Source: Actinomycetota bacterium (GTDB lineage: Bacteria; Actinomycetota; Actinomycetes; S36-B12). From it: a DNA stretch of 64,000 bases. Both the position numbers and the translations under genes were made by a program. The stretch lies in assembly GCA_009699015.1 (NCBI GenBank), contig WLOY01000002.1:334-64333 (forward strand). The letters are read 5' to 3'. Positions 56,417-64,000 of this stretch are shown piece after piece (position 1 is the stretch's first letter; each line of letters opens with the position of its first letter). The notes under the pieces are model-generated. The model had not been told where the DNA came from and searched no databases. It saw nothing but the letters and a program-made list of their open reading frames with translations.

Positions 56417-57217
56417 TCAGGAGGAACCCCGGGGGGTCCATCGGAATACGAGCATGGCGAGGATGAATCCGCCGATCGTCCACCCAATGAGGACCAGTGC
56501 GCACAGCCCGAGCTGCCACGACCCGGAAACCTCGATCGCGGAGGCTCCGTCCGGCAGGAAGACGTAGCGCATCGCCTGGGTGAGCCACTTGAGCGGGAAG
56601 ATGGATGCGAAGTTCTGCATCCACGACGGGAGCTGATTGAAGACGAAGAAGACACCGGACGTGAACTGGAGCACGAGAACGATCGGCGCAACGATCGCCG
56701 AGGCTCCTCGGCCATGCTTGGGAACAACCGAGAATGCCAAGCCCAGCAGCGTGCACGAGAGCAGGCCGAGGACGCTCACCCAGGCGAATGTCATCCACTT
56801 TCCGGCACTGGACGGCAGGTCGATCCCGTAGAACAGGACTCCGACGGTCAGGAGCACGGTGACCTGCGCGATGTAGGCGACGAACACCAGCCCGACCTTG
56901 CCCAGGAAATAGGAGGCCTTCGGCATCGGCAGGCCCTGCAGGCGCTTGAGCGTGCCGTCCTCCCGCTCCATTGGAATGGCAATCGCGAGATTCTGGAAGG
57001 AGGTGTAGAGCACCCCGGAAGCGATCATCCCTGCGAGGAAGTACTGCGAGAACGTCACGTCCCCGAAGCCCACGCTCTGCTCAGCGAACACCGAGCCGAA
57101 GATCACGAGCAGGATCATCGGCAGGGCGAAGTTGAAGATGGCGGACTCCCGGTCTCGGAAGAACTGCCGCAGTTCGATCCCGACACGCTTTCGACCGAGG
57201 TACAGGGTGCGGTTCAT
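56417..57217 (-). CDS. ABC-2 type transporter permease
   Basis: 266 aa with 6 TM helices. It has a 4-nt overlap with the upstream ABC ATPase gene. Confidence 0.8.
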   Translation of the reverse strand: MNRTLYLGRKRVGIELRQFFRDRESAIFNFALPMILLVIFGSVFAEQSVGFGDVTFSQYFLAGMIASGVLYTSFQNLAIAIPMEREDGTLKRLQGLPMPKASYFLGKVGLVFVAYIAQVTVLLTVGVLFYGIDLPSSAGKWMTFAWVSVLGLLSCTLLGLAFSVVPKHGRGASAIVAPIVLVLQFTSGVFFVFNQLPSWMQNFASIFPLKWLTQAMRYVFLPDGASAIEVSGSWQLGLCALVLIGWTIGGFILAMLVFRWTPRGSS

Positions 57218-58065
57218 GACTCACCCCCCGGCAGGTCATCGATGAGCGCGAGATAGGTGTCCTCAAGGGTCGGGCGATGCACCGAGAGCTGCGGTACCTC
57301 GCCACCGAGCCGCTGGGCGAGCGCCAGGACATATGCCGTGGGCGAGTCCGTCGTCGACTGCCGCTCACGACCGTCCTCGATCCAGCTCACGCGTGCGATT
57401 CCGTCAGAGCGATCCCCGAGCTGCGACGGCCGGTCGCACGCGATGATCCGGCCGCCCGCGATCACTGCAACCCGATCGGCGAGCCGCTCTGCCTCGTCGA
57501 GGTAGTGCGTGGTGAGCAGGATGGTCGTGCCTTCAGCCTTGAATGATTCGATGAGGGCCCAGAACTCACGCCGCGCGGCGGGGTCGAATCCCGTCGTCGG
57601 CTCGTCGAGAAACAGAACCTCGGGACTCCCGATGATGCCCAGTGCCACATCGAGCCGACGGCGCTGGCCACCGGAGAGCCGGTCATTGCGCGACTTGGCC
57701 TTGCTGCCCAACCCCACCGCTTCGATGACCTCCTCCGGGTCGCGTGGCGACGGAAAGTAGGCGGCGAAGTGGCGCACCGCCTCACGGACGGTGAGGTCCC
57801 CCAGGTCGCGATCGGCTTGCAGGACGATTCCGAGCCGAGCCTTCCAGTCCAGGCCGCCATGGCGGGGGTCCACGCCAAGTACGCGCACCTCGCCGGAGTC
57901 CGCGTGACGGAAGCCCTCAAGGACCTCGGTGGTCGTTGTCTTGCCTGCGCCATTCGGCCCCAGCAGGGCCAGGCACTCACCCTGCCCAACCTCGAAGCTG
58001 ATGTCATTCACTGCCACGAGGTCGCCGTAGCGCTTCGTCAGTCCGCGCACGGAGATAGCGTTCAT
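57214..58065 (-). CDS. ABC transporter ATP-binding protein (DrrA-like exporter ATPase)
   Basis: Internal start MNAISVRGLTKRYG. Walker A GPNGAGKTT, signature LSGGQRRR and Walker B LFLDEPT are present. Confidence 0.9.
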   Translation of the reverse strand: MNAISVRGLTKRYGDLVAVNDISFEVGQGECLALLGPNGAGKTTTTEVLEGFRHADSGEVRVLGVDPRHGGLDWKARLGIVLQADRDLGDLTVREAVRHFAAYFPSPRDPEEVIEAVGLGSKAKSRNDRLSGGQRRRLDVALGIIGSPEVLFLDEPTTGFDPAARREFWALIESFKAEGTTILLTTHYLDEAERLADRVAVIAGGRIIACDRPSQLGDRSDGIARVSWIEDGRERQSTTDSPTAYVLALAQRLGGEVPQLSVHRPTLEDTYLALIDDLPGGES

Positions 58066-58230
58066 GGTCGTCCCATGGAAGGACAGTAGCCAACTTGATT
58101 CCGGGATAGCATCTCGCGCATAACCTCGGCACGAGTGGGGTTGTGGCCCGCACGAACGTTGGGCAGGATCCTGAACGAAGCAGGCACTCTGGGAGGCGGG
58201 CATGTTGGTGAAGGTGGTGGTCGACCGAGC

Positions 58231-58947
58231 ATGGACATGACAACCTCGATGACTGCCCTTCTGGACGCGGATGGGATCGACGCGGCCGTGCGTGCGAATC
58301 ATCCGCACTACACAGCCGTACTCATCGGGGTCCAAAACCTCATCCCGGGGCCATCCACCAAGGAGAGCGATGCCCTGCTGGCACTTGCTGAAGCAAAGGC
58401 GCAGTCATTGCTTGCAGGACGCGAGCCTCATGAATTGCCAGAGGTCCAGGCGTGGCGGGAAGCGTTCTTGTCCTTCGGGGTCAAGCCGCGCGAAGCCCGC
58501 TCCAGCGTCGAGGCCCTACTTCGCCGAGCCACCTCCGGCCTTCCCCGCATCGACCGATTGACCGACGTCTACAACGCAGTATCCGTGATGAGGGTGGTGC
58601 CCATCGGCGGAGAGGACTTCGACTGCTACCAAGGACCCGCGCGTCTCGTCGTCGCTACCGGTGACGAGACCTTCGACACCGTGGCCGACGGACAGCCGGC
58701 CTTGGGCACGGCTGATCCCGGGGAGATCATCTGGCGCGATGACATCGGCGTGACGTGCCGGCGGTGGAACTGGCGCCAGTGCGTGCGCACCAGACTCACC
58801 GACACCACGACTGATGCGCTCTTCATCATCGACGGGCTCGGGCCCGACTCGCAGTCACGAGCCGAATCCGCGGCAGCCGAACTTATCGAGCGCCTTGCCG
58901 AAGGCTCCCCCACCGCCATCTTCACCACTCGAACCATTGCTGGCTGA
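58231..58947 (+). CDS. B3/B4 tRNA-binding-domain protein (PheT-B3/4-like)
   Basis: Internal start MDMTTSMTAL. The pattern WREAF..FGVKP...RSS.EAL.RR....LPRI..L.D.YN fits stand-alone B3/4 domain proteins. Confidence 0.65.
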   Translation: MDMTTSMTALLDADGIDAAVRANHPHYTAVLIGVQNLIPGPSTKESDALLALAEAKAQSLLAGREPHELPEVQAWREAFLSFGVKPREARSSVEALLRRATSGLPRIDRLTDVYNAVSVMRVVPIGGEDFDCYQGPARLVVATGDETFDTVADGQPALGTADPGEIIWRDDIGVTCRRWNWRQCVRTRLTDTTTDALFIIDGLGPDSQSRAESAAAELIERLAEGSPTAIFTTRTIAG

Positions 58948-59053
58948 GAGCACGCATGGTCAGGTGCCAAACTCGGCTGAGTGAAGGCCAGAGTTCAAAA
59001 CCCGCGGTCCCCAATTCGGTTCGAACCCTTCTGTAACCGCTACCCTCCCAAGC

Positions 59054-59740
59054 ATGACCACGGACCATACTGCGACTCCCGAATCCGTTCGCGTCCATCG
59101 CATTCCCGAGCGCGGGCATTACGACCGAGAGACCATCGATGCGATCCTCGACGCATCGATCGTCTGCCATGTCGCGACCATCGACCACGATGGTCGGCCA
59201 CTTGTGATTCCCAACCAGCATGCGCGCGTTGGGGATTTCGTGTATCTCCACGGGTCAGCTGCGAGCCGAAACCTCAAGAGGGCCGGTCAAGGGGTCGATA
59301 TCAGCCTTTCGGTCACGCTGATCGACGGCCTCGTCATTGCCCATCGACTCTTCAACCACAGCATCAATTACCGATCGGTGGTGTTGCGTGGAATCGCTCA
59401 ACAGGTTGAATCGAACGAAGAAAAGCTCATCGCACTAGAAGCGTTCACCGAACGCATCCTCCCCGGACGCTGGGCGGAAGCGATCGCCCCGGACGAGCAG
59501 GAACTGAAGTCCACGATCGTTCTACGGTTGCCGATCACAGAAGCATCGGCAAAGATCCGCACCGGAATGCCCGGGCATGTCGATGAGGAAGAAGATCTCA
59601 CCAAACTCTGGGTCGGGGTCATCCCAATCGAGATGGTCGCTGGGGATCCGATCCCTCACCCCGATATCCCTGCCGACCTAGCTGTTTCTGGATCAGTATC
59701 GGCCTGGGCGGCTGCCCACGTGTCAGGAAGCGCAGGGTAG
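59054..59740 (+). CDS. Pyridoxamine 5'-phosphate oxidase family (FMN-binding split barrel) protein
   Basis: RIPERGHYDRETIDAILD....CHV and P....R.G...Y.HGS...R match the typical PNPOx-like flavin-binding family. Confidence 0.7.
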   Translation: MTTDHTATPESVRVHRIPERGHYDRETIDAILDASIVCHVATIDHDGRPLVIPNQHARVGDFVYLHGSAASRNLKRAGQGVDISLSVTLIDGLVIAHRLFNHSINYRSVVLRGIAQQVESNEEKLIALEAFTERILPGRWAEAIAPDEQELKSTIVLRLPITEASAKIRTGMPGHVDEEEDLTKLWVGVIPIEMVAGDPIPHPDIPADLAVSGSVSAWAAAHVSGSAG

Positions 59741-59898
59741 GTAGGAGCGCGGGAGCACAACCGGACCGAACCGCCGATGCACCCCGACTGAGGACGTCGC
59801 ACTTGCATGCCGGCGACAGGAGCGTTGAGTTCTTCGTGGCTCACCGGCCGAGGCTTCAGCATCGCCGACCTCGACCGAATCCCAGCAGCCTGAACGCC

Positions 59899-59929
59899 AA
59901 GTGCCCCACTCCATCGGGGTGGGGCACTT
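59899..59929. terminator. Bidirectional intrinsic-terminator-like hairpin between convergent PNPOx-like gene and nrdJ
   Basis: Perfect 11-bp stem AAGTGCCCCAC / GTGGGGCACTT with a 9-nt loop. There is no clear U-tract on either strand. Confidence 0.6.
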
Positions 59930-60056
59930 CGACATGTACCGAAACGCTATGTCTCAGCTGATGATGAAGACCAGGGTGCCCGGACTATGACACTCCATAG
60001 CCGTTCGTAGGCCCATCCTGTCCGTATGACCGTGGGAATTATCGATCTGTTCAGAT

Positions 60057-62897
60057 TCACGAGCAGCCGGATGTGCTTCCGCATCCCTCGCAGACATAGC
60101 AGCTGCCCGCAGGGCGCATCTTGATACCGCATGTCATGCACAGCGGCGCATCGGAAGCGGTCCCGGTGATCTCCTCGAGGAGTTCGGCACTCGAATGCGC
60201 CCTACTCACCGATGGCCGGCCACCGATTGGTGCCAGTGCGGCGCCTTCGACTGCGTCCGACTCGATCGCGAGGTCGGCTGCCGGTGCTGTCGGTGCATAA
60301 TTCAGCGCGACCGTTGCGGTCCGCTCATCGGCGGTGAAGATGCCGAGCGCCTCCCGCTTGTCGTAGTCGAGGTAGTCCAGTGCGAGGCGACGGAAGATGT
60401 AGTCCATGATCGACTGCGAGATCCGGATGTCAGCATCGTCGGTCATGCCTGCGGGCTCGAATCGCATGTTCACGAACTTGCTCACGAAGGCCTCGAGCGG
60501 AACGCCGTACTGCAGCGCGATGCTGATGGCGATCGAGAACGCATCCATGACGCCGGCGAGGGTCGAGCCCTGCTTACCGAGCTTGAGGAACACCTCGCCC
60601 AGTGCGCCATCGTCGTATGACCCAGCAGTCATGTAGCCCTCGGCACCTGCGACGGAGAAACTGGTCGTGCGGCTCGGCCTGGACTTCGGGAGCCTGCGGC
60701 GGATCGGCTGTCCGGCGATCGAGGCGATCGCATCGGCCGTCGCCTCGACGATCTCATCGACCTTCTTCGCACCGTCGCTGAGAGGCTGGCCGACCTTGCA
60801 GTTGTCGCGGTAGATCGCTAGCGCCTTGATGCCCATCTTCCATGCCTGGAAGTAGATGTCCTCAACCTCATCGATGGTCGCAGACTCCGGCATGTTCACG
60901 GTCTTGGAGATGGCACCCGAGATGAACGGCTGCACCGCGGCCATCATCCGAACATGGCCGAGCGGCGTGATCGACCGGACGCCCATGGCCGTGTCGAACA
61001 CCGCGTAGTGCTCGTGCTTCAGTCCCGGGGCATCGATCACGTGACCGTTCGTCCCGATGTACTCGATGATCGCCTCGTTCGTCTCCTCGGTGTAGCCGAG
61101 ACGGCGCAAGGCCTGCGGGATCGTCTGGTTCACGATCTGCATGGAGCCACCACCGACCAGCTTCTTGAACTTCACGAGCGAGAAGTCAGGCTCGATACCG
61201 GTGGTGTCGCAGTCCATCATGAATCCGATGGTTCCGGTGGGCGCGAGGACGGATGCCTGCGCGTTGCGCCAGCCGCTCTTCTCGCCGATCTTCAGGCACT
61301 GCTCCCACGCCTTGTTCGCGACCTTCAGCACATCGCCGTCAAGGCTCGTGATGGTGCGCACGTTGTCGTTGGCCGCGGCATGCTTGCGCATGACCCGCCT
61401 GTGGCCATCCTGGTTGCGGGCGTAACCCTCATAGGGACCGACGATCGCGGCGAGTTCGGCGCTGCGCCTGTAGGCAACGCCCGTCATGAGGCTCGTGATG
61501 GACGCCGCGAACGCGCGACCGCCATCGGAGTCGTACGGAAGGCCGGTGGCCATGAGCAGTGCCCCGAGGTTTGCGTACCCGATGCCCAGCTGCCGGTAGC
61601 GACGAGTCGTATCGCCGATCGCCTCGGTCGGGAAATCGGCGAAGCAGATCGACATGTCCATCGCCGTGATGACGAACTCGACCGCCTTGGCGAAGCGAAC
61701 GGCATCAAAGGTGTCATCGGCCTTGAGGAAGGTGAGGAGGTTGAGCGACGCGAGGTTGCACGACGAGTTGTCGAGGCTCATGTACTCCGAGCACGGGTTG
61801 GAGGCGTTGATGCGCCCGGTCTCGGGGTTCGTGTGCCAGTCGTTGATGGTGTCGTCGTACTGGATGCCGGGATCGGCGCACGCCCAGGCCGCCTCGCTCA
61901 TCGTGCGGAAGAGTCGCTTCGCATCGACAGTCTCGACGATTCGCCCGTCAGTGCGAGCGGTGAGGCCGAACGGCTCGCCGTTCTCGACCGCGCTCATGAA
62001 CATGTCGGACACCCGAACCGAGTTGTTCGCGTTCTGGTACTGCACCGACGAGATGTCCTTGCCACCGAGGTCCATGTCGAAGCCTGCGTCGCGAAGGACG
62101 CGGATCTTCTCCTCCTCCCGGACCTTCGTCTCGATGAACTCCTCGATATCGGGATGGTCGACATCGAGGACGACCATCTTCGCGGCCCGGCGAGTGGCGC
62201 CACCGCTCTTGATGGTGCCGGCAGACGCATCCGCGCCTCGCATGAACGAGACGGGACCGGATGCCGTGCCGCCGGACGACTTCAGCAGCTCCTTGCTTGA
62301 GCGGATCCGCGACAGGTTGAGCCCCGCACCTGACCCGCCCTTGAAGATGAAGCCCTCCTCCTTGTACCAGTTGAGGATCGACTCCATCGTGTCGTCGACC
62401 GACAGGATGAAGCAGGCACTCACCTGCTGCGGGGCCGTGGTTCCGACGTTGAACCACACTGGGGAGTTGAAGCTGAACACCTGGTGCAGCAGCATGTAGG
62501 TGAGCTCGTGCTCGAAGATCTCGGCGTCTGCGTCGGTCCGGAAGTAGCCGTGCTCGCGACCGGCCTTCACGTAGGTGAGCACGACCCGGTCGATGAGCTG
62601 CTTCAGGCTCCACTCGCGCTGCTCGGTGCCGAGAGCGCCGCGGAAGTACTTCGTCGTCACGATCGTCGAGGCGTTCACGCTCCAGGAGTCGGGGTATTCG
62701 ACCCCGCGCTGCTCGAAGACGATCTCACCGCTCTTCCAGTTCGTCTGGACGACGTCGCGGCGCTCCCAGTTGACGGAGTCGTAGGGGTGCTCCCCGGCAG
62801 TCGTGTAGAGCCGCTCGATGACAAGCCCGGGCTTGCGAAGCGTGTTGTGGACGAATGCCGCTGCGTCGATCGACGAGCTGGTGGTGGTCACGGACAT
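60057..62897 (-). CDS. nrdJ: Vitamin B12-dependent (class II) ribonucleotide reductase
   Basis: 946 aa with N-terminal TTAGEHPYD.V.WERRD, the active-site region NPCSEY and a C-terminal Cys-rich tail CMTCG...C..CEGCG. Confidence 0.92.
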   Translation of the reverse strand: MSVTTTSSSIDAAAFVHNTLRKPGLVIERLYTTAGEHPYDSVNWERRDVVQTNWKSGEIVFEQRGVEYPDSWSVNASTIVTTKYFRGALGTEQREWSLKQLIDRVVLTYVKAGREHGYFRTDADAEIFEHELTYMLLHQVFSFNSPVWFNVGTTAPQQVSACFILSVDDTMESILNWYKEEGFIFKGGSGAGLNLSRIRSSKELLKSSGGTASGPVSFMRGADASAGTIKSGGATRRAAKMVVLDVDHPDIEEFIETKVREEEKIRVLRDAGFDMDLGGKDISSVQYQNANNSVRVSDMFMSAVENGEPFGLTARTDGRIVETVDAKRLFRTMSEAAWACADPGIQYDDTINDWHTNPETGRINASNPCSEYMSLDNSSCNLASLNLLTFLKADDTFDAVRFAKAVEFVITAMDMSICFADFPTEAIGDTTRRYRQLGIGYANLGALLMATGLPYDSDGGRAFAASITSLMTGVAYRRSAELAAIVGPYEGYARNQDGHRRVMRKHAAANDNVRTITSLDGDVLKVANKAWEQCLKIGEKSGWRNAQASVLAPTGTIGFMMDCDTTGIEPDFSLVKFKKLVGGGSMQIVNQTIPQALRRLGYTEETNEAIIEYIGTNGHVIDAPGLKHEHYAVFDTAMGVRSITPLGHVRMMAAVQPFISGAISKTVNMPESATIDEVEDIYFQAWKMGIKALAIYRDNCKVGQPLSDGAKKVDEIVEATADAIASIAGQPIRRRLPKSRPSRTTSFSVAGAEGYMTAGSYDDGALGEVFLKLGKQGSTLAGVMDAFSIAISIALQYGVPLEAFVSKFVNMRFEPAGMTDDADIRISQSIMDYIFRRLALDYLDYDKREALGIFTADERTATVALNYAPTAPAADLAIESDAVEGAALAPIGGRPSVSRAHSSAELLEEITGTASDAPLCMTCGIKMRPAGSCYVCEGCGSTSGCS

Positions 62898-62959
62898 CTG
62901 TGGTGCCTTCCTGATTCGAGCGGATAGCGGACTGGGAAGTGGGTGGGTGTACTTGCGGC

Positions 62960-63469
62960 CTAGCGGACGCGTTGTTCTTGGTTGGCAATCGCGGTCATGT
63001 CGGAGGGTTCCTCGCCCGTTGCATCGCCCTCGGCGCGCAGCAGGGCTATCTCGGCCTCGAAGTCCTCAAGGGTGTCGAATGATCGGTAGACCGAGGCGAA
63101 CCTCAGGTAGGCGACCTCATCCAGTTCGCGAAGTGGGCTGAGGATGGCCAGACCGACCTCCATGGCCGGAACCTCTGCATGCCCGCCCGCGCGCAGTGCG
63201 TCCTCGACGCGCTGAGCCAAGAGCGCAAGGTCGTCATCGCTCACCGGCCGGCCCTGGCATGCCTTTCGCACGCCCGTCACGACCTTTGCCCTGCTGAAGG
63301 GCTCGACCACGCCGGAGCGCTTCGCGACGAGGAGCACCGAGGTCTCGGCGGTCGTGAACCGCCGGCCGCATGCCGCGCACTCACGGCGACGACGGATCGC
63401 CGCCCCCTCATCAACCGTGCGCGAGTCGACGACCCGGGAGTCATCCACCTTGCAGAACGGGCATCGCAT
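62960..63469 (-). CDS. nrdR: Transcriptional repressor NrdR
   Basis: MRCPFC......VVDSR zinc ribbon (C..C...C..C) plus an ATP-cone domain ([11 protein letters not shown]). Confidence 0.92.
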   Translation of the reverse strand: MRCPFCKVDDSRVVDSRTVDEGAAIRRRRECAACGRRFTTAETSVLLVAKRSGVVEPFSRAKVVTGVRKACQGRPVSDDDLALLAQRVEDALRAGGHAEVPAMEVGLAILSPLRELDEVAYLRFASVYRSFDTLEDFEAEIALLRAEGDATGEEPSDMTAIANQEQRVR

Positions 63470-63587
63470 TGCGGGCCACCCCCTTCACATCTCGCTCCTA
63501 CGCCACTCCCGTCACACCAGATGCGCCGCCTGAGTATCCATGGGGAAGGTTCTGGGGAGACCCTGTGGATAGCCTGTGACTACGTGA

Positions 63588-63603
63588 CCACAACCTGTTG
63601 ATG
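63588..63603 (-). promoter_or_regulatory. Candidate NrdR box (proximal)
   Basis: CCACAACCTGTTGATG matches about 9 of 16 positions of the recalled consensus acaCwAtATaTwGtgt. It lies 119-134 nt upstream of the nrdR ATG. Confidence 0.45.
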
Positions 63604-63619
63604 AATCACACGGCTGTGA

Positions 63620-63635
63620 CTACTACATCTAGGGG
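63620..63635 (-). promoter_or_regulatory. Candidate NrdR box (distal)
   Basis: CTACTACATCTAGGGG matches about 10 of 16 positions of the consensus. It starts exactly 32 bp from the proximal box, the integer-helical-turn spacing described for tandem NrdR boxes. Confidence 0.45.
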
Positions 63636-63721
63636 TGAGACGTTAGTCTCCAAACGCCTCAAACGCAAGGCAAGCACCGTCGGCGCGCCGCATTCAGGCT
63701 GGTCCCTGTCCGGACAGATCT

Positions 63722-64000
63722 TCAGGCCCCTACCGGCACCACGAGACGCTGGCCTGGGACGATCACCGAGTCGTCGAGGCCGTTCAGCTCGCGGATCCGC
63801 TCGACGGTCTCGCGCGGGTCCGCGCTGCGCTCGACGGCGGTCGCGAGGCTCCAGAGGGAATCCCCCGATTGGACCGTGACGGTGGCCGTGGCTGACTCCG
63901 GCCCAGGCGTATCGCTCGCCCCTGCGAGCTGCCCGAATGCCACCACGAGACCGACCAGCGTGAGGATCGTCGCGGCGAACAGCAGGATCCGACCGCGCAG
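63722..64000 (-). CDS. LysM peptidoglycan-binding domain protein (5' end beyond window)
   Basis: C-terminal LysM motif VQSGDSLWSLA......ELNGL....I.PGQ.L.VP. The reading frame stays open to the window edge through a TM-like segment (ILLFAATILTLVGLVVV), so the true start is outside the window. Confidence 0.75.
   Translation of the reverse strand: MRGRILLFAATILTLVGLVVAFGQLAGASDTPGPESATATVTVQSGDSLWSLATAVERSADPRETVERIRELNGLDDSVIVPGQRLVVPVGA

Noticed and set aside
59018-59027. GGTTCGAACC resembling a tRNA T-arm (GGTTCGAATCC)
   Set aside because: I could not build flanking T-stem, acceptor-stem or anticodon-arm pairings. It is a perfect 10-bp palindrome in the promoter region of the PNPOx-like gene, not a tRNA.
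59930-60056. Relatively AT-richer 127-nt stretch between the nrdJ stop and the terminator hairpin, considered as an sRNA or small ORF (track ORF 59947..60141)
   Set aside because: The track ORF overlaps the nrdJ 3' end in another frame and has no SD or conservation signal that I can see. The simplest reading is that it is the nrdJ 3' UTR ending at the 59899-59929 hairpin.

Overview
This is a high-GC (by eye about two-thirds or more G+C) actinobacterial chromosomal core segment, densely packed with genes on both strands. Gene content and order look like Actinomycetota, probably a Micrococcales/Microbacteriaceae-like organism (inference). The order runs: dut-centred DUF block, suhB, sepH, tdk, psuG, parC ... 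parE, principal sigma factor, metY-metX, ... copZA, ... nrdR-nrdJ, LysM. I call about 63 protein-coding genes. I also call one SAM-IV riboswitch upstream of metY-metX, two candidate NrdR operator boxes upstream of nrdR-nrdJ, one clear bidirectional terminator hairpin and several short tandem or direct repeats. I saw no rRNA, tRNA, CRISPR array, transposase, integrase or prophage genes, and no recognisable classical defence island or biosynthetic gene cluster. Many track ORFs are antisense or out-of-frame shadows typical of GC-rich DNA. Several real genes start well inside the listed ORF, and those starts were re-assigned by reading the N-terminal sequence and junctions. The most unusual observations are listed below. 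(1) A P2-type cation ATPase abuts a class-I-like PPK2 with a 2-nt gap, at the end of a six-gene co-directional transporter array with a self-complementary leader. (2) A perfect 3 x 23-bp palindrome-bearing tandem repeat lies in the suhB/MFS divergent promoter. (3) A 4-oxalocrotonate-tautomerase-like gene is disrupted by a 10-bp tandem duplication. (4) A cell-envelope cluster combines VKOR, a GT-C-like membrane protein and Cys-containing secreted proteins. (5) There are several conserved but uncharacterised DUF gene blocks (the dut block, and NPP plus DUF5998). None of these is proven novel. All family assignments come from reading motifs by eye, without database searches.
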